Shown here piece after piece: positions 48,045 through 58,596 of a DNA stretch of 64,000 nucleotides. A model generated the notes under the pieces. It searched no databases, was not told the origin of the DNA, and worked only from the letters and a program-made list of their open reading frames with translations. Made by a program: the position numbers and the translations under genes. The stretch is from the NCBI GenBank assembly GCA_964590255.1, contig CAZPYA010000001.1:18660-82659 (forward strand), given 5' to 3'. This DNA comes from an uncultured bacterium (GTDB lineage Bacteria; Armatimonadota; Hebobacteria; CAIYQO01). How positions within the stretch are numbered: position 1 is the first letter of the stretch; the number at the start of each line of letters is the position of its first letter.

Positions 48045-49748
48045 ATGATGCTCATGCGAGGATGGGGAATATTGGGCCTGCTGCTGCTGTGCTGCGGCAT
48101 GGGTCTGGCGGCGGGGAACCTGGTGGTGACGGGGCAAACGGTGCTGACGCCGGCCAACGTGCCGGCCTGCGGCTACCGGTCCATCGCCGTGGCGCCGGGT
48201 GGGACGTTGACGATCCTGACGCCGGCGGGCACCACGCTGACGATCAATGTGCAGGAGTTCGTCGACATCGCCGGCACCGTGCGCGTGCTGAGCGTGGGCT
48301 GTCTGGCGCCGGTGAAACTGACGGCGAACGGCGGCGCGGTGATCTTCAACCTGCCGACAGGCGCCTTCACGGTGCAACCATCGGGGGCCGTCATCGCGTC
48401 GGTGCTGGATGGCGCCGGCATGCCGAAGGGTAACGGCGGCGCGGTGACGGTGAAGGCCGACAGCATCGGCGTGGGCGGGCTCATCAGTGCCAACGGCAAC
48501 CCGGTGCTGAGCTGCGCGCGCGGCGGACTCATTGAGCTGAACGCGAAGGACGTAGTGACGGTGCTGAATCCGGACGTAAGCGTCACCGGTACGCTGGCGA
48601 CGCTGTCCGCCTACGGCTACACCGGCGGCGTGGTGCGCCTGCTCACCTGCACCGGAGCGGTGACGCTGGCGGACACCTCGCTGGTGGACGTGCGCGGCAT
48701 GGTCGGGCTGGCCTTCACCGCCGCGTGCCCGTATAGCAATGCCTCGCTCATCGATATCGCCGCGGGCGACGGCGGGGTGACACTGGGCGGGTTCCGCGTC
48801 TACGGGGTCGAGAAGATCGCCACAGGCATCGGCCACCTGTATGCCGCCGCGCGCGGGCCGATCACGCTGAACGCGATTCCGGCGGCGCTGCTGGATGAGC
48901 AGTACCTGGCGGAGTATGCCGCGCACGCCGATACCACACTGGCGCTGCCGCGCGACCATTTCGCCGCAATTCTCTATACCGCCACCCACCTGGGCGACGT
49001 GCTCGTCCGCGCGAATTTCAATGGCCCGCTGGAGATCAACGCATCCAACGCGGCGATTATCGAGGATGCCACGCTGGCGTCATGCCTCACCGCGAAGGTG
49101 GGCGGTTATCTGATGCTGCTGGATGGCCGCGTGGTGAAGAGCGCCGCGATCCAGGTGTCGCGGCTGTATAACGACGGCTTCACGCTGCCGACCGGCGCCA
49201 GCGTCAGCGAAACCGGCAAGCCGGTGAGCTTTGCCAATGATACTTTCCAGCCGAACGAAGTCTACACCACGCCGTGTGGGCTGAAGCTGACCGGCGGCAG
49301 CATCGGCGCGGGGGCCTACATCGGCTGCGAAGGCCCGCTGAAGATGACCGGCACCGACGTGGGCGCCGACGCCATCCTGGAAGCCGGCCGGCCGTGGGCA
49401 TACGACTTCGCGCGCAACCTGCCGTGCGAGACGACGGTATTCGACCTGACCGGCGGCAAGATGGGCGACAACGTGACGATCACTGTCAGCCGCCCGCCGG
49501 ATTATCCCACCAGTAAAGCGCTGGCGGCGTCCATCACCGGCACGAAGTTCGGCACGTCGCTGGAACTGCGCCTGCCCGGCAGCCTGAAAGCCACCGGCCT
49601 CACCGCCGGCGACACGTGCGACCTGTGGATCAATGGCGACCTGAAATTGACCGGCGGCACCTTCGGCAGCGGCTGCATCCATTACACCGGCACCATGAAG
49701 TGCACCGGCACGAAGGATGGGCAGATTACCTATACGAACAGTTTCTAG
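48045..49748 (+). CDS. hypothetical secreted Gly/Thr-rich protein, probable parallel beta-helix adhesin-like
   Basis: Signal peptide MMLMRGWGILGLLLLCCGMGLAAG, then a repetitive G/T/V-rich sequence with periodic xGxVT motifs. Confidence 0.5.
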   Translation: MMLMRGWGILGLLLLCCGMGLAAGNLVVTGQTVLTPANVPACGYRSIAVAPGGTLTILTPAGTTLTINVQEFVDIAGTVRVLSVGCLAPVKLTANGGAVIFNLPTGAFTVQPSGAVIASVLDGAGMPKGNGGAVTVKADSIGVGGLISANGNPVLSCARGGLIELNAKDVVTVLNPDVSVTGTLATLSAYGYTGGVVRLLTCTGAVTLADTSLVDVRGMVGLAFTAACPYSNASLIDIAAGDGGVTLGGFRVYGVEKIATGIGHLYAAARGPITLNAIPAALLDEQYLAEYAAHADTTLALPRDHFAAILYTATHLGDVLVRANFNGPLEINASNAAIIEDATLASCLTAKVGGYLMLLDGRVVKSAAIQVSRLYNDGFTLPTGASVSETGKPVSFANDTFQPNEVYTTPCGLKLTGGSIGAGAYIGCEGPLKMTGTDVGADAILEAGRPWAYDFARNLPCETTVFDLTGGKMGDNVTITVSRPPDYPTSKALAASITGTKFGTSLELRLPGSLKATGLTAGDTCDLWINGDLKLTGGTFGSGCIHYTGTMKCTGTKDGQITYTNSF

Positions 49749-49785
49749 TACGTGAATACCATACACCTGTCATCTGTTGCGCGCT

Positions 49786-49960
49786 CCCGCGCGCGCCCTC
49801 ACCCCTGCCCCTCTCCCAATACTGGGAGAGGGGGATGACAGATGCATGGCGGCGTTGTATTTGTGACAGCGACGCCCCGTTCCCGGCCTGTGGGCGGGGA
49901 ACGGGGCGCGTTGCCATGCGGCTGGGACAGCCGCGCTCCCAGAGACGGGCGGATTGCAAA
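49786..49960 (+). repeat. composite REP/BIME-like element with three hairpins (cccctctccc-aatact-gggagagggg; cgccccgttccc-ggcctgtgggc-gggaacggggcg; gcggatt-gca-aatccgc) at a convergent junction
   Basis: The head gcgctcccgcgcgccctcacccc is shared with 17076-17098, and the tail hairpin with the 17148-17282 array. Confidence 0.75.
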
Positions 49961-49969
49961 TCCGCGCTC

Positions 49970-50770
49970 CTATTTTGGCAGTTTGGCCTGCAAGTCCACG
50001 AGGCGTTTGCGCTGGGCGTCGTCCTGCGGCGGGTTCGCCAGCGTCAGGTAGGCTTGCAGCGCGGCCACGGCGTCTGACCATTTTTCCAGCTTCTCCAGCG
50101 CCATGGAGCGGTAGAGGGCGGCAGTGGCGTCCTTCGGGTCCTTCTCCAGCGCTTTGGCGTAGGCGGCGTCGGCGTCGGCGTATTTCTTCGCCAGGAAGCA
50201 GGCGTTGCCCAACTCGCCGTACAGCGCGCCTTGATTCGGCGATTGCGCGATGACCGCTTTCAGCACCGGGATGGCCTTTTCCGGCTTGCCGGTATTGATA
50301 AAGGCGCGGCCGAGTAACTGCTGATACTTCACCGACTTGCCGAACTGCGCCTTGCGCATCGGGTCATCCAGCAGCAGCAGCGCCTGGTCGGCGCGCTTCA
50401 CCTGCAGGTATGTTTGCGCCAGTCCGACCACCGGTTCTTCCACGCGGGGGTCCAGCCGGATGGTCAGCGCATAGAAGTGGCTGGCATCGACATATTTGCC
50501 GGTGGTGTAAAAAAGGTCGGCGATGCGGTCGAGGACCACCGTGTTGTCCGGCGCCTGCAGCCACGCCATCAGGTATTTGGACAGCGCCTTGGAGTAGTCC
50601 TTTTTCGCCATCAGCGCGTCGCCTTCGGCTTTGAATTCATCCGCCGTGGGCGTTTTTTCCTCCGGCTTCGCCGCCGCCGCCGGGGGTTTCTCCGCCGGCG
50701 CGGCTTCCTGCGCCCATGCCGGCATCACCATCCCCAGCGCGATCATCCCCACCAGTAACCAGCGCACCAT
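49970..50770 (-). CDS. secreted TPR-repeat protein
   Basis: Signal peptide MVRWLLVGMIALGMVMPAWA (start rc 50768-50770), Ala/Pro/Lys-rich linker, then 5-6 TPR units. Confidence 0.6.
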   Translation of the reverse strand: MVRWLLVGMIALGMVMPAWAQEAAPAEKPPAAAAKPEEKTPTADEFKAEGDALMAKKDYSKALSKYLMAWLQAPDNTVVLDRIADLFYTTGKYVDASHFYALTIRLDPRVEEPVVGLAQTYLQVKRADQALLLLDDPMRKAQFGKSVKYQQLLGRAFINTGKPEKAIPVLKAVIAQSPNQGALYGELGNACFLAKKYADADAAYAKALEKDPKDATAALYRSMALEKLEKWSDAVAALQAYLTLANPPQDDAQRKRLVDLQAKLPK

Positions 50771-50890
50771 TCGCCTGCCCCCTCTTCGTGGAATCCCTTT
50801 CACGATAACGCGGCCGGCGATAAGGCGGTGTCAGAAAAATCGGGCATGGGGTAGCGTTGTCGGATGGGGGATGCAAAACATCCCCTCCCG

Positions 50891-53800
50891 CTACTTCACC
50901 TCCATCCGCGCCCCCGCGGCCGGCAGCGCCGTGGTCACCTGTCCCCGGTCGTCCACCGTGCCGGCGGCCTTGCCGTTGATGGTCAGCGCGCGGCCGGCCC
51001 AGCCTTTCGGCAGGGTCAGTGTCGCGTCGCCTTTGCCCATGGCGGTGCCGGTGAGGGTTTGACCGGTCACGCGGAGGGCGATGGGCGCCGTCGACTGTAC
51101 GGTGATGCCCCGGGCGGCGATGCGGCCGGGGGCGCAGAGCACGAGGGCGGTGTAGTCGGGATGCAGCTTGGCCAGGCCGACGGTGCCGTCGAAGGCCACG
51201 CCGCCGGCCGTCGTTTTGAACGGCTGGCGGCTGCAGAAGAGCTGGTCGGCGCGCGCGCCGATGGTGACGGTAATCGCTTTGCCGTCTTTACTGCTGGTGT
51301 AGGTCGGCTGCACCTCGTAGCGCCCGCGCGGGTAGAGCACGACGGCGAAGCCGCCGTTGCCCGGGGTGTTTTTCAGGTGCGCGGCAATCTGGTACTCGCG
51401 GCCGTCCTTGAAATCGGCGCGGGCCGGCCCGCGCTGGGTGTGCCACCATTCGCGCGACTGGATTGCCGGCTTCTTCGGCCAGGCGACATACATGTCGAGA
51501 TCCAGGCTATACTGCCCTTTCCAGCGCACCAGGTCGCCGGCGATCTGCTGGGAATCCGCCAGGCACCAGAAATTCGCCTGCGGGGTTAACTCGGCCTGCC
51601 CGTCCAGGTCGTCGGCGATGAGGAAGTAGTTCGGCCCCTGCAGGTCCGCGTCTTTAATAAACAGGTAGCGGCGCTGCCACTCGTGCGGGCGCGCCAGCCG
51701 CAACCGGCGGAACTCGCTGAAGGACGCCCACGCCTGCGGGTTATCGGATTCCTCGCGGTCGAACCACGGCCAGAGCATGAATTCCATCAGCGGGATGGAC
51801 GCCTGCGCGTAGTCCGCCTCCGGGCTGAAGGCCTGCGCGCGCATCTCGCCGCCCAGCTCCTTGTAGCCGTCGGCGGCCTTCGTCCGGGTGTCCGCGTCAC
51901 GGTCGAACAGCGTGTGCGGCTCATACTGGTGATCGATCCACCCCAGCTTGTTCACCGTATAGAAGCACCCCGTGTCGCGCCCCGGGCATGGCGTCTTGTG
52001 CGTGTGCTCCGCCACGTTCCAGGTGAGGGTGTTGTGCCAGATGCTCTGCCAGCAATTGGGTGAATACATCGAGCTGAAGTCCATCATCAGCGGCACGCCC
52101 TTGGCGTAGAGCAGGAAGGCTCCGACGTCGCGGTCGTAGTGGTCATACCCCTGGTTGCCCACATGGATGGCCATGTAGGTCTCATCCTCGCGCGGGAAGC
52201 CGTTGCGCAAAATCGTCATGCTGCCCGGGTAGACAATGCTGTTACACTCGGGCTGGCGCTCGTCAAAATCCTCGTGCATGTAGTAGATGCCGTCCATGAA
52301 CCCACCCAGCTCGATGCCGGCGCGCTTCCACATCCAGTAGGCTTCGCCGCCCAGCTTGCGGTCGGTCAGGTTCATCAACAGCGCGTATTTGCCGATGTTG
52401 CTGTCCGGTTCCAGCATCGTATGGCCGATGGTGGGCAGCAGGCGCAGGTATTGCGCGCGCGGCTCCGGCGGGGTCATGCGGTCGATCATCAGCCGGGTGA
52501 AGTTCGCCAGCCGCGGATATTTTTTCTGGATGGGCGGGATAGCGCCGGCGTAGTAGAGCGGCAGCGCCATATTCATCAGCGGGTCGGCCTGGGTGCCGGT
52601 GTAGTGTGGACCGCTGATGCTGGAGCCGTCCTCCGCCCACACATTCTGCACCAGCACGTCTACCACTTCCACCGCCAGCGCCAGCCACGGTTGGGCATCG
52701 GGGTTGTCGGAGAGCGTGCAGGCCGTCGCCGCCTGGGCGCCGCGCATGTTCACCGGCATGTTTGCCGAGCCCCAGCCCACGCCGTTGCGACGCGGCGGCA
52801 GGAAGCTCGGGTCGTATAGCATGTGCGCGCAGAAGGCAAAATGCGCTTTCAGCGTCGCCTTGTCCGCCTCGCTGATCTCCGGCATGCCCATGATCAGGTC
52901 GAACTGCGCGGAATATTCCTGCATCCACCAGGGGAACTGGTTGATGTTCAGCCCCACGTTGTGCGCGTTGTAGCCCCAGTCGAAGACGCCGCTGATGAAG
53001 GTATTCAGGTTGCGCATCAAGTCGGCGTAGCTGTCCTGCGCGTGCTTTGCGTTGCTGCTCAGGATGTAGCGGTTGATCGGTTTGTACTGCAGCGCTTTTG
53101 CGCGGTTGAGCAGCGTCTGGCTGGAGCGGATGCGGTGCAACACCGCCGGCAGACCGCCTTCCTTGATGAAGAGCGAGGGGTACGTCTTCTTCGCCGGCCA
53201 TTCCAGCGCCCAGTCTTTCACCACGTCCAGCGGACGGTTGCCGTATTTCGCGCGCAGCCGCAGCGCCTGCGAGCTGCCCTTCTGGAAACCATGCTTCACC
53301 ACCTTGCCATCCTGCACGTCGTCCTGCGGCGCGGCCTCGGGCATGCGCAGGGTGACGAGGCCCCACGACCGCCGCCCCAGGTGCAGCGGCGCCTTGAGGA
53401 TGAGGTCGGGCTGCGCCGTGCTGTAGACGCGCAGTTCGGCGGTGCTGGTGTGCTGGTTGATGGCGGTGCTGGTGCGCGGCAGCATGTCCGGATGCACCCA
53501 GTCCACCGGGCGCAGGGGAATCACCCCCAGCGCGTCGCTCAGCGGGTCTTCCGCCCGCCACAGCAGGTAGCTCAGGCCCAGGTCGGGCTGGTTGCCGTGG
53601 TAGGAATTGATGTCGATCTCGAACTGCGTTGCCTTGTATGTCAGCGAGTAATCGGTCTCCACGTCGAGCTGCATGATGCCGGAGCCGGTGCGCTTTTCCG
53701 GCTGCGAGGCGTTGTGGCCGAACCAGCGCGCTTTCGTCGGGCGCAGACCGTCATACAGCGAGAAGCAGAAGTTGCTCTCGGCGTCGTGCGGGCGCCACGC

Positions 53801-54562
53801 CCACCAGTCCCAACTGATTTCGTCGGCGCGATCCTTTGGCGTCCAGAAACGATAGACTTTCGGGTCGCCCAGCGCGAACGTCTCGTCCACCTGGATCAAC
53901 TCCTGGCGGGCGGCGACGCGCACGGCGCCCTCGTAAATATCCTGCCCCGCGCCGCGGTAGCCGTCGAAAGCATAACGGAAGCCCACCGTCACGAAGACCG
54001 GCCCCTGTTCCAGCACCCACGCCTTCGCCGAACGGCATGTGTGCGGCGTCTCGAACCAGCCGCGCCCGCCCCACGCGCCGCTGCGCTGGCGGATGGCGGT
54101 GAGGAAGGACGGCGTCTGCGCGGCGGCGACCGGCGGGTCGAAGGTCTTCTCCATAAGATTGAAGCGCGCGCCGGTGCGGTCAGTGGTCACCTCCAGCACA
54201 TCGCCGGCGCGAGTCACCCGCAGGTCGCTTGCACCGGTCGGTTTGCCGGGCTGCAGGGTAAGTTGCTGCACGCTATTCGGTGTCAGCGTCGTCACCAGCC
54301 ACAGCGTCGCCGCCCGCAGCGAGCCGTCCGGCCAGGTCGTCACGCCGGCAAGCTGCCCCGGCGCCTCCGTCCCGTCGATGAACAGCCGCGCCGTGCCGCC
54401 CGGAAACGCCCCCTGGGCGAAGGTCAGGTCGTAATGCAGCAGCTCATCCGCCCATGCCTTGCCCACGTATTCCTTCAGGCGAATAGTGTCGCCGGCGGCG
54501 TAAGGCAGGGCGAAGGCTATGCCGGCGCAGAGCAACAGCAGGATGCAGAACAGATTGCGCAT
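50891..54562 (-). CDS. large secreted heparinase II/III-like polysaccharide lyase family protein (about 1223 aa) with extra N- and C-terminal domains
   Basis: Signal peptide MRNLFCILLLLCAGIAFA from the ATG at rc 54560-54562. The central region HVGNQGYDHYDRDVGAFLLYAKGVPLMMDFSSMYSPNCWQSIWHNTLTWN resembles the Hepar_II_III catalytic signature (H.H.D..SF.L...G..L..D.G.Y ... HNT). The 54-aa track ORF N-extension is rejected. Confidence 0.6.
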   Translation of the reverse strand: MRNLFCILLLLCAGIAFALPYAAGDTIRLKEYVGKAWADELLHYDLTFAQGAFPGGTARLFIDGTEAPGQLAGVTTWPDGSLRAATLWLVTTLTPNSVQQLTLQPGKPTGASDLRVTRAGDVLEVTTDRTGARFNLMEKTFDPPVAAAQTPSFLTAIRQRSGAWGGRGWFETPHTCRSAKAWVLEQGPVFVTVGFRYAFDGYRGAGQDIYEGAVRVAARQELIQVDETFALGDPKVYRFWTPKDRADEISWDWWAWRPHDAESNFCFSLYDGLRPTKARWFGHNASQPEKRTGSGIMQLDVETDYSLTYKATQFEIDINSYHGNQPDLGLSYLLWRAEDPLSDALGVIPLRPVDWVHPDMLPRTSTAINQHTSTAELRVYSTAQPDLILKAPLHLGRRSWGLVTLRMPEAAPQDDVQDGKVVKHGFQKGSSQALRLRAKYGNRPLDVVKDWALEWPAKKTYPSLFIKEGGLPAVLHRIRSSQTLLNRAKALQYKPINRYILSSNAKHAQDSYADLMRNLNTFISGVFDWGYNAHNVGLNINQFPWWMQEYSAQFDLIMGMPEISEADKATLKAHFAFCAHMLYDPSFLPPRRNGVGWGSANMPVNMRGAQAATACTLSDNPDAQPWLALAVEVVDVLVQNVWAEDGSSISGPHYTGTQADPLMNMALPLYYAGAIPPIQKKYPRLANFTRLMIDRMTPPEPRAQYLRLLPTIGHTMLEPDSNIGKYALLMNLTDRKLGGEAYWMWKRAGIELGGFMDGIYYMHEDFDERQPECNSIVYPGSMTILRNGFPREDETYMAIHVGNQGYDHYDRDVGAFLLYAKGVPLMMDFSSMYSPNCWQSIWHNTLTWNVAEHTHKTPCPGRDTGCFYTVNKLGWIDHQYEPHTLFDRDADTRTKAADGYKELGGEMRAQAFSPEADYAQASIPLMEFMLWPWFDREESDNPQAWASFSEFRRLRLARPHEWQRRYLFIKDADLQGPNYFLIADDLDGQAELTPQANFWCLADSQQIAGDLVRWKGQYSLDLDMYVAWPKKPAIQSREWWHTQRGPARADFKDGREYQIAAHLKNTPGNGGFAVVLYPRGRYEVQPTYTSSKDGKAITVTIGARADQLFCSRQPFKTTAGGVAFDGTVGLAKLHPDYTALVLCAPGRIAARGITVQSTAPIALRVTGQTLTGTAMGKGDATLTLPKGWAGRALTINGKAAGTVDDRGQVTTALPAAGARMEVK

Positions 54563-54703
54563 GAATGTCTCCTGTCGAGGGTCGATGCGATATTGGACAC
54601 CGGATGGCTGAAGTCGATGCCCCTGCCGTTCCTTTTCGGCCGTCACGGCGGGAATCCTTTCGTGGGACAAATCCCCGTCGCCGGTGTCAAAAGCCGGTAA
54701 GAG

Positions 54704-57700
54704 GTGACACCCATGCGCATCCACCTGGTGCTAGGCTTGCTGCTGTTGTTCGGCGCGGCGCTGTGCGCGGCACAGGAGCCGGGGACGATGGTCTTCACCG
54801 CCGGCCGCCTGGCCGAGCTGCTGCCGCTGAAGCAAGGCGAGTTGGTGGAGGACGACGCGGCGGATGCCGGGCGAGTGTTTCAGGTGAAAACCCCGCTGAA
54901 CCTCGAGCAGTACGGCGATTTCGGCGTGTTGAAGCCGGGGCTGTTCCGCTTCACCGTGCGGGCGAAGCTCACCGAACCGGCGCCCCACGGCGTTACGCTC
55001 ACCATGGCCTGCTGGAACCCGCACGGCAGCGCTACCTCCTTCCGCAACGAGGCGACCATCACCGGCGACGATTTCCCCGCCGTCGGCGAATACGTCAACA
55101 TCAGCCGCGACTTCCGCATCGGCGTGAAGGGCATCCAATACGGCATCTTCCTGCGTGGCGGTTGGCCGGGGCTGCGCATCGAAAGCTTCGCCATCGCCGC
55201 CGTCAGCCCCGCCCCGGTAGAAATCGCCCGCGTGTGGCCGGAAAAGCTGCTCTACCGGCTGGATGAAACAGGCAAGGTGCTGGTCTACCTGCGCAACAAC
55301 ACCGAGACGCCGCAGACCGTGCGGCTGGTGATGGCAGTGGAGAGCGGGCTGACGCAGTCCGTCGGCCTGTATAACGCCGACGTCACCGTGGGCGTGCCCA
55401 CCGCCGAGCAACGCCTGCGGCAGACCGACGTGCAGACGGTGGCGGTGCCGCTGCCGCCCCAGCCGGAATACGGCCACCGGGTGACGGCGCGCCTGTACCC
55501 CGCCGGCGACAAGCCGCAGCCACCGCTGGGGCCGGAGGTGGCCGACTACTTCTACACCAGCAACCGCCCGGTGCAGCTCGGACAGTATGGCGGGGTGAAT
55601 ATCAACGAGCCGTATGCCGCGACGAATCTGGATATCGTACAGATGCATCGCCGCTTCTACTTCCCGGTGCTGGAGTTTATGTTCTGGGCGCCGTGCGAGC
55701 TGTCCCTGCTCACCCCGCCGCCGGGCACGGACCGCTGGTGGAGCGGCCAGACGCTGAAGCAGCTTGCCACCGCGCAGATGAAGGCCTACATCGCCGCCGC
55801 CCATGCCAACGGGATGCAGTGCGTCAGCTACGCCGACTACAACATCATCTACAGCTACCGCATCGTCGACACCTTCCGCCGGCTACCGGATAGCGTGGGC
55901 TGGGACGTGAACAGCAGCCTGCTGGCCTACGAGGTGAAAAATATCGACGCCCAGCGGCGCGAGAACGACGCCGAGCGCAAGACCATGGAGGCGCGCGGCA
56001 TCTACGGGCCCATCGCCAGCCACCCGAAGCTGCTGAAGCTGCACGGCGACCAGCTTGAAGCCGCCATCAAGGCGCTAGACTGGGATGGCTACCGCTGGGA
56101 CGACCCGGTGGACTACGACCGCCCGAGGACCGATATCTTCGGCCGCCAGGCGCCATATACCGGCTACACGAACGCCGGGATGATCGAATATCTGCGCGGG
56201 CGGGTGCGGGGGAGGAAACCGGGAGCATTCTTCGGGCACAACATGGATTGGAATCAGGAAGAAAAGCCCGACCCGGCGAAGAACGTGCCGCCCTACTACA
56301 CCGAATACCTGCGCGACGGCAGCTTCGCGCTGCAGGAAGCGGAGACGAATTTTGCCGTGCGCAACCGCTGGCCGTGGACGCGCTGGGCCGAGCTGACGGA
56401 GCGCGCCGGGCGCAACGCCTATCGCTACGGCGGCGAGCAATACGTCATCATCGACCGCAACAACAGCGCGTTGGAGATGAATTACCTCATCGGGTTGCTC
56501 ACCGCCGGTGGCTGCCACATCGCCTACGGCGTGCCAGAAAGCTGCATCCCCTACATGCGGCTCATCTGCCGCTACAGCGACCTGTTCTACGGCGACAACC
56601 GCCACTTCCCCGATCCCGACGCCACGCTGAAGGTAGACGACGGCGGCAAACTATGGTGGAAGCGCTACGTGCGCTATCGCGCCACCGCGCCGGGGCGGCG
56701 CACCTATTATGTGCACCTGTTCAACCCGCCCACGGCGGAGCGGATGAACGAGCCAAACCCGCAGCCCCCCGCGCCCGCGGCGAACGTGCGCCTCACCTGG
56801 ACGCTGCCGGCGGGGTGGAAGGCAACAGCGGCCTATGCCATCACCGCCGACGCCCCGGGCGCGGTGGAGGCGGTGGTGAATCCCACGCCCACCTGCACCT
56901 ACACGGCCTTCACGCTGGGTCGCGCGCTGGAGCGCCGGCCGCTGGCGCTGGCGGGAACCGCGGTGACGGTACCGAGCGTGAAGCAGTGGAGCATCGTGGC
57001 GGTGGAGTGCACCGGCCCGGCGGACGCCCCCGAGCCGAACGAACGGCTGGCGCTGCCGCCCGCGCCGCCGCTGCCGGACTTGACCGCCCCCGTGGTCGCG
57101 CAGAAGGCGCCGGTGAAGCCGCTGGGCACCTTCCAGGATCGCCGGTATACCGCCGCGCGCTTCGCGGGCAACAAGGCGCTGGCAACGCTGGTCGACGACC
57201 CGGCGGCGAGCGCCGGCACGGCCGCGCGCGTCATCGCCCGAGGCAACATCGAGTTTTATGAGTTCCCCGAGGGCACCATGCCGGCGGGACTGTACCGCTT
57301 CGCCCTGCGCCTGCGCGTGGACAAACCGCTGCCGGAGGGGGCGAAGCTGCTCGTCTCCGCGTGGAGCCCCAACGGCTCGCCGAAGGCCTTCCGCGTGAGC
57401 GCGCCGTTGGACGTGGCCGGCCTCACCCCCGAGCAGGGGTACAAGGAGTTCGCCTGCGAGCTGGAACTGGGCGACGCCCGCGTGCAGACCGGCGTGCAGA
57501 TCGCGAATTTTACCGAGGGGATGGTGGTGGATACCTTCACCATCGCCCAGACGCAGCTTTACCCGGACAGCAAGCGGATGACATGGGAGCCGGGGAACAC
57601 CTGGCCGGAGACCAAACCGGATCCGGCGCGCCCGGAAAACGCCGCCGGCCGGCGGGCGTGGTATGGGCGCGGCCTCTTTTACGAGCACTATCACCTGGAT

Positions 57701-58318
57701 GAGGCGCTGGGGATGATGCTCGGCGCCACCATGACGCACGCCGACCATGTGGTATGGCGCGACCGCCGCGGCTGGGACACGGCCCCCTTCCCGAAGACGC
57801 CGGAAGAGCTGATGGGCTACGATCTGGTCGTCATTGCCAACGTCGACCTGAAAACCTTCTCCCTGCTGCAGCGCGACTGGCTGCGCGGCTACGTGCGCGA
57901 CGGCGGCAAGCTGCTGCTGCTCGGTGGCCCCTACGGCTTCGGCCGCGGCTTCTGGCAGGATTCCGATATCCTCGCCGAACTCATCCCGGCGACGCTGGAA
58001 CCCTACGACCTGCGCGTGGTGGGCGAGAAAACGCCCGTTCCGCTTGTACCCGTCACCGCCTGGGCAAAGGCGGCGACGAGTTGGAAATCAAAGCCCGTCA
58101 CCGCCTGGATGCACGCGGTGAAGCCGAAGCCCGGCGCCACCGTGCACGTCACCGCCGCCGGCCTCCCCGCGCTCATCACTGCGCCTTACGGCAAGGGCGC
58201 CGTGGCCCTTGTCACCGTCGCCCCCCTCGGCGACCCACCGGCGGGCAGCACCCCCTTCTGGAAGAGCGCGGATTGGACGGCGCTGATGGCGGGGTTGGGG
58301 CAGGTGCTGATGAAGTAG
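54704..58318 (+). CDS. large secreted multidomain protein (about 1200 aa) with central glycoside-hydrolase-like region and C-terminal class-I glutamine-amidotransferase-like (ThuA/DUF1355-like) domain
   Basis: Signal peptide MRIHLVLGLLLLFGAALCAAQEP. The C-terminal GYDLVVIANVDLKTFSLLQRDWLRGYVRDGGKLLLLGGPYGFGRG resembles GATase1-like domains. Divergent from the heparinase-like gene with a 141-bp shared intergenic region. Confidence 0.5.
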   Translation: MTPMRIHLVLGLLLLFGAALCAAQEPGTMVFTAGRLAELLPLKQGELVEDDAADAGRVFQVKTPLNLEQYGDFGVLKPGLFRFTVRAKLTEPAPHGVTLTMACWNPHGSATSFRNEATITGDDFPAVGEYVNISRDFRIGVKGIQYGIFLRGGWPGLRIESFAIAAVSPAPVEIARVWPEKLLYRLDETGKVLVYLRNNTETPQTVRLVMAVESGLTQSVGLYNADVTVGVPTAEQRLRQTDVQTVAVPLPPQPEYGHRVTARLYPAGDKPQPPLGPEVADYFYTSNRPVQLGQYGGVNINEPYAATNLDIVQMHRRFYFPVLEFMFWAPCELSLLTPPPGTDRWWSGQTLKQLATAQMKAYIAAAHANGMQCVSYADYNIIYSYRIVDTFRRLPDSVGWDVNSSLLAYEVKNIDAQRRENDAERKTMEARGIYGPIASHPKLLKLHGDQLEAAIKALDWDGYRWDDPVDYDRPRTDIFGRQAPYTGYTNAGMIEYLRGRVRGRKPGAFFGHNMDWNQEEKPDPAKNVPPYYTEYLRDGSFALQEAETNFAVRNRWPWTRWAELTERAGRNAYRYGGEQYVIIDRNNSALEMNYLIGLLTAGGCHIAYGVPESCIPYMRLICRYSDLFYGDNRHFPDPDATLKVDDGGKLWWKRYVRYRATAPGRRTYYVHLFNPPTAERMNEPNPQPPAPAANVRLTWTLPAGWKATAAYAITADAPGAVEAVVNPTPTCTYTAFTLGRALERRPLALAGTAVTVPSVKQWSIVAVECTGPADAPEPNERLALPPAPPLPDLTAPVVAQKAPVKPLGTFQDRRYTAARFAGNKALATLVDDPAASAGTAARVIARGNIEFYEFPEGTMPAGLYRFALRLRVDKPLPEGAKLLVSAWSPNGSPKAFRVSAPLDVAGLTPEQGYKEFACELELGDARVQTGVQIANFTEGMVVDTFTIAQTQLYPDSKRMTWEPGNTWPETKPDPARPENAAGRRAWYGRGLFYEHYHLDEALGMMLGATMTHADHVVWRDRRGWDTAPFPKTPEELMGYDLVVIANVDLKTFSLLQRDWLRGYVRDGGKLLLLGGPYGFGRGFWQDSDILAELIPATLEPYDLRVVGEKTPVPLVPVTAWAKAATSWKSKPVTAWMHAVKPKPGATVHVTAAGLPALITAPYGKGAVALVTVAPLGDPPAGSTPFWKSADWTALMAGLGQVLMK

Positions 58319-58344
58319 GCGAATTGGCGGGCGAGACAGGTGCT

Positions 58345-58440
58345 GTTGTCGGCCCCCCTCCCCGGCCCTCCCCCCGTTCTCTCCGCTGCGCTCCGCGAAC
58401 AGGGGGAGGGAGCGAACTATACATACCCCCTCCCCCTATA
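58345..58440. repeat. diverged family E / GC-rich repeat copy at the left edge of the AT-rich island
   Basis: tcggcccccctccccggccctccccccgttctctccgctgcgctccgcgaacagggggagggagcg ... ccccctccccctatac ... gggggggaggg. Confidence 0.55.
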
Positions 58441-58596
58441 CACACAGGGCACGGGGGGGAGGGTCGATTATGTAATCGTTCACTCTTCCTATACCCGAAC
58501 GCCACTTAACCCTGGCTGTGTGGCTCTACAAATAGGATTGTTCAAACGATGGTGGCCCGCATATTGTTGAATAATTCAAATAACCGTATCACTTAT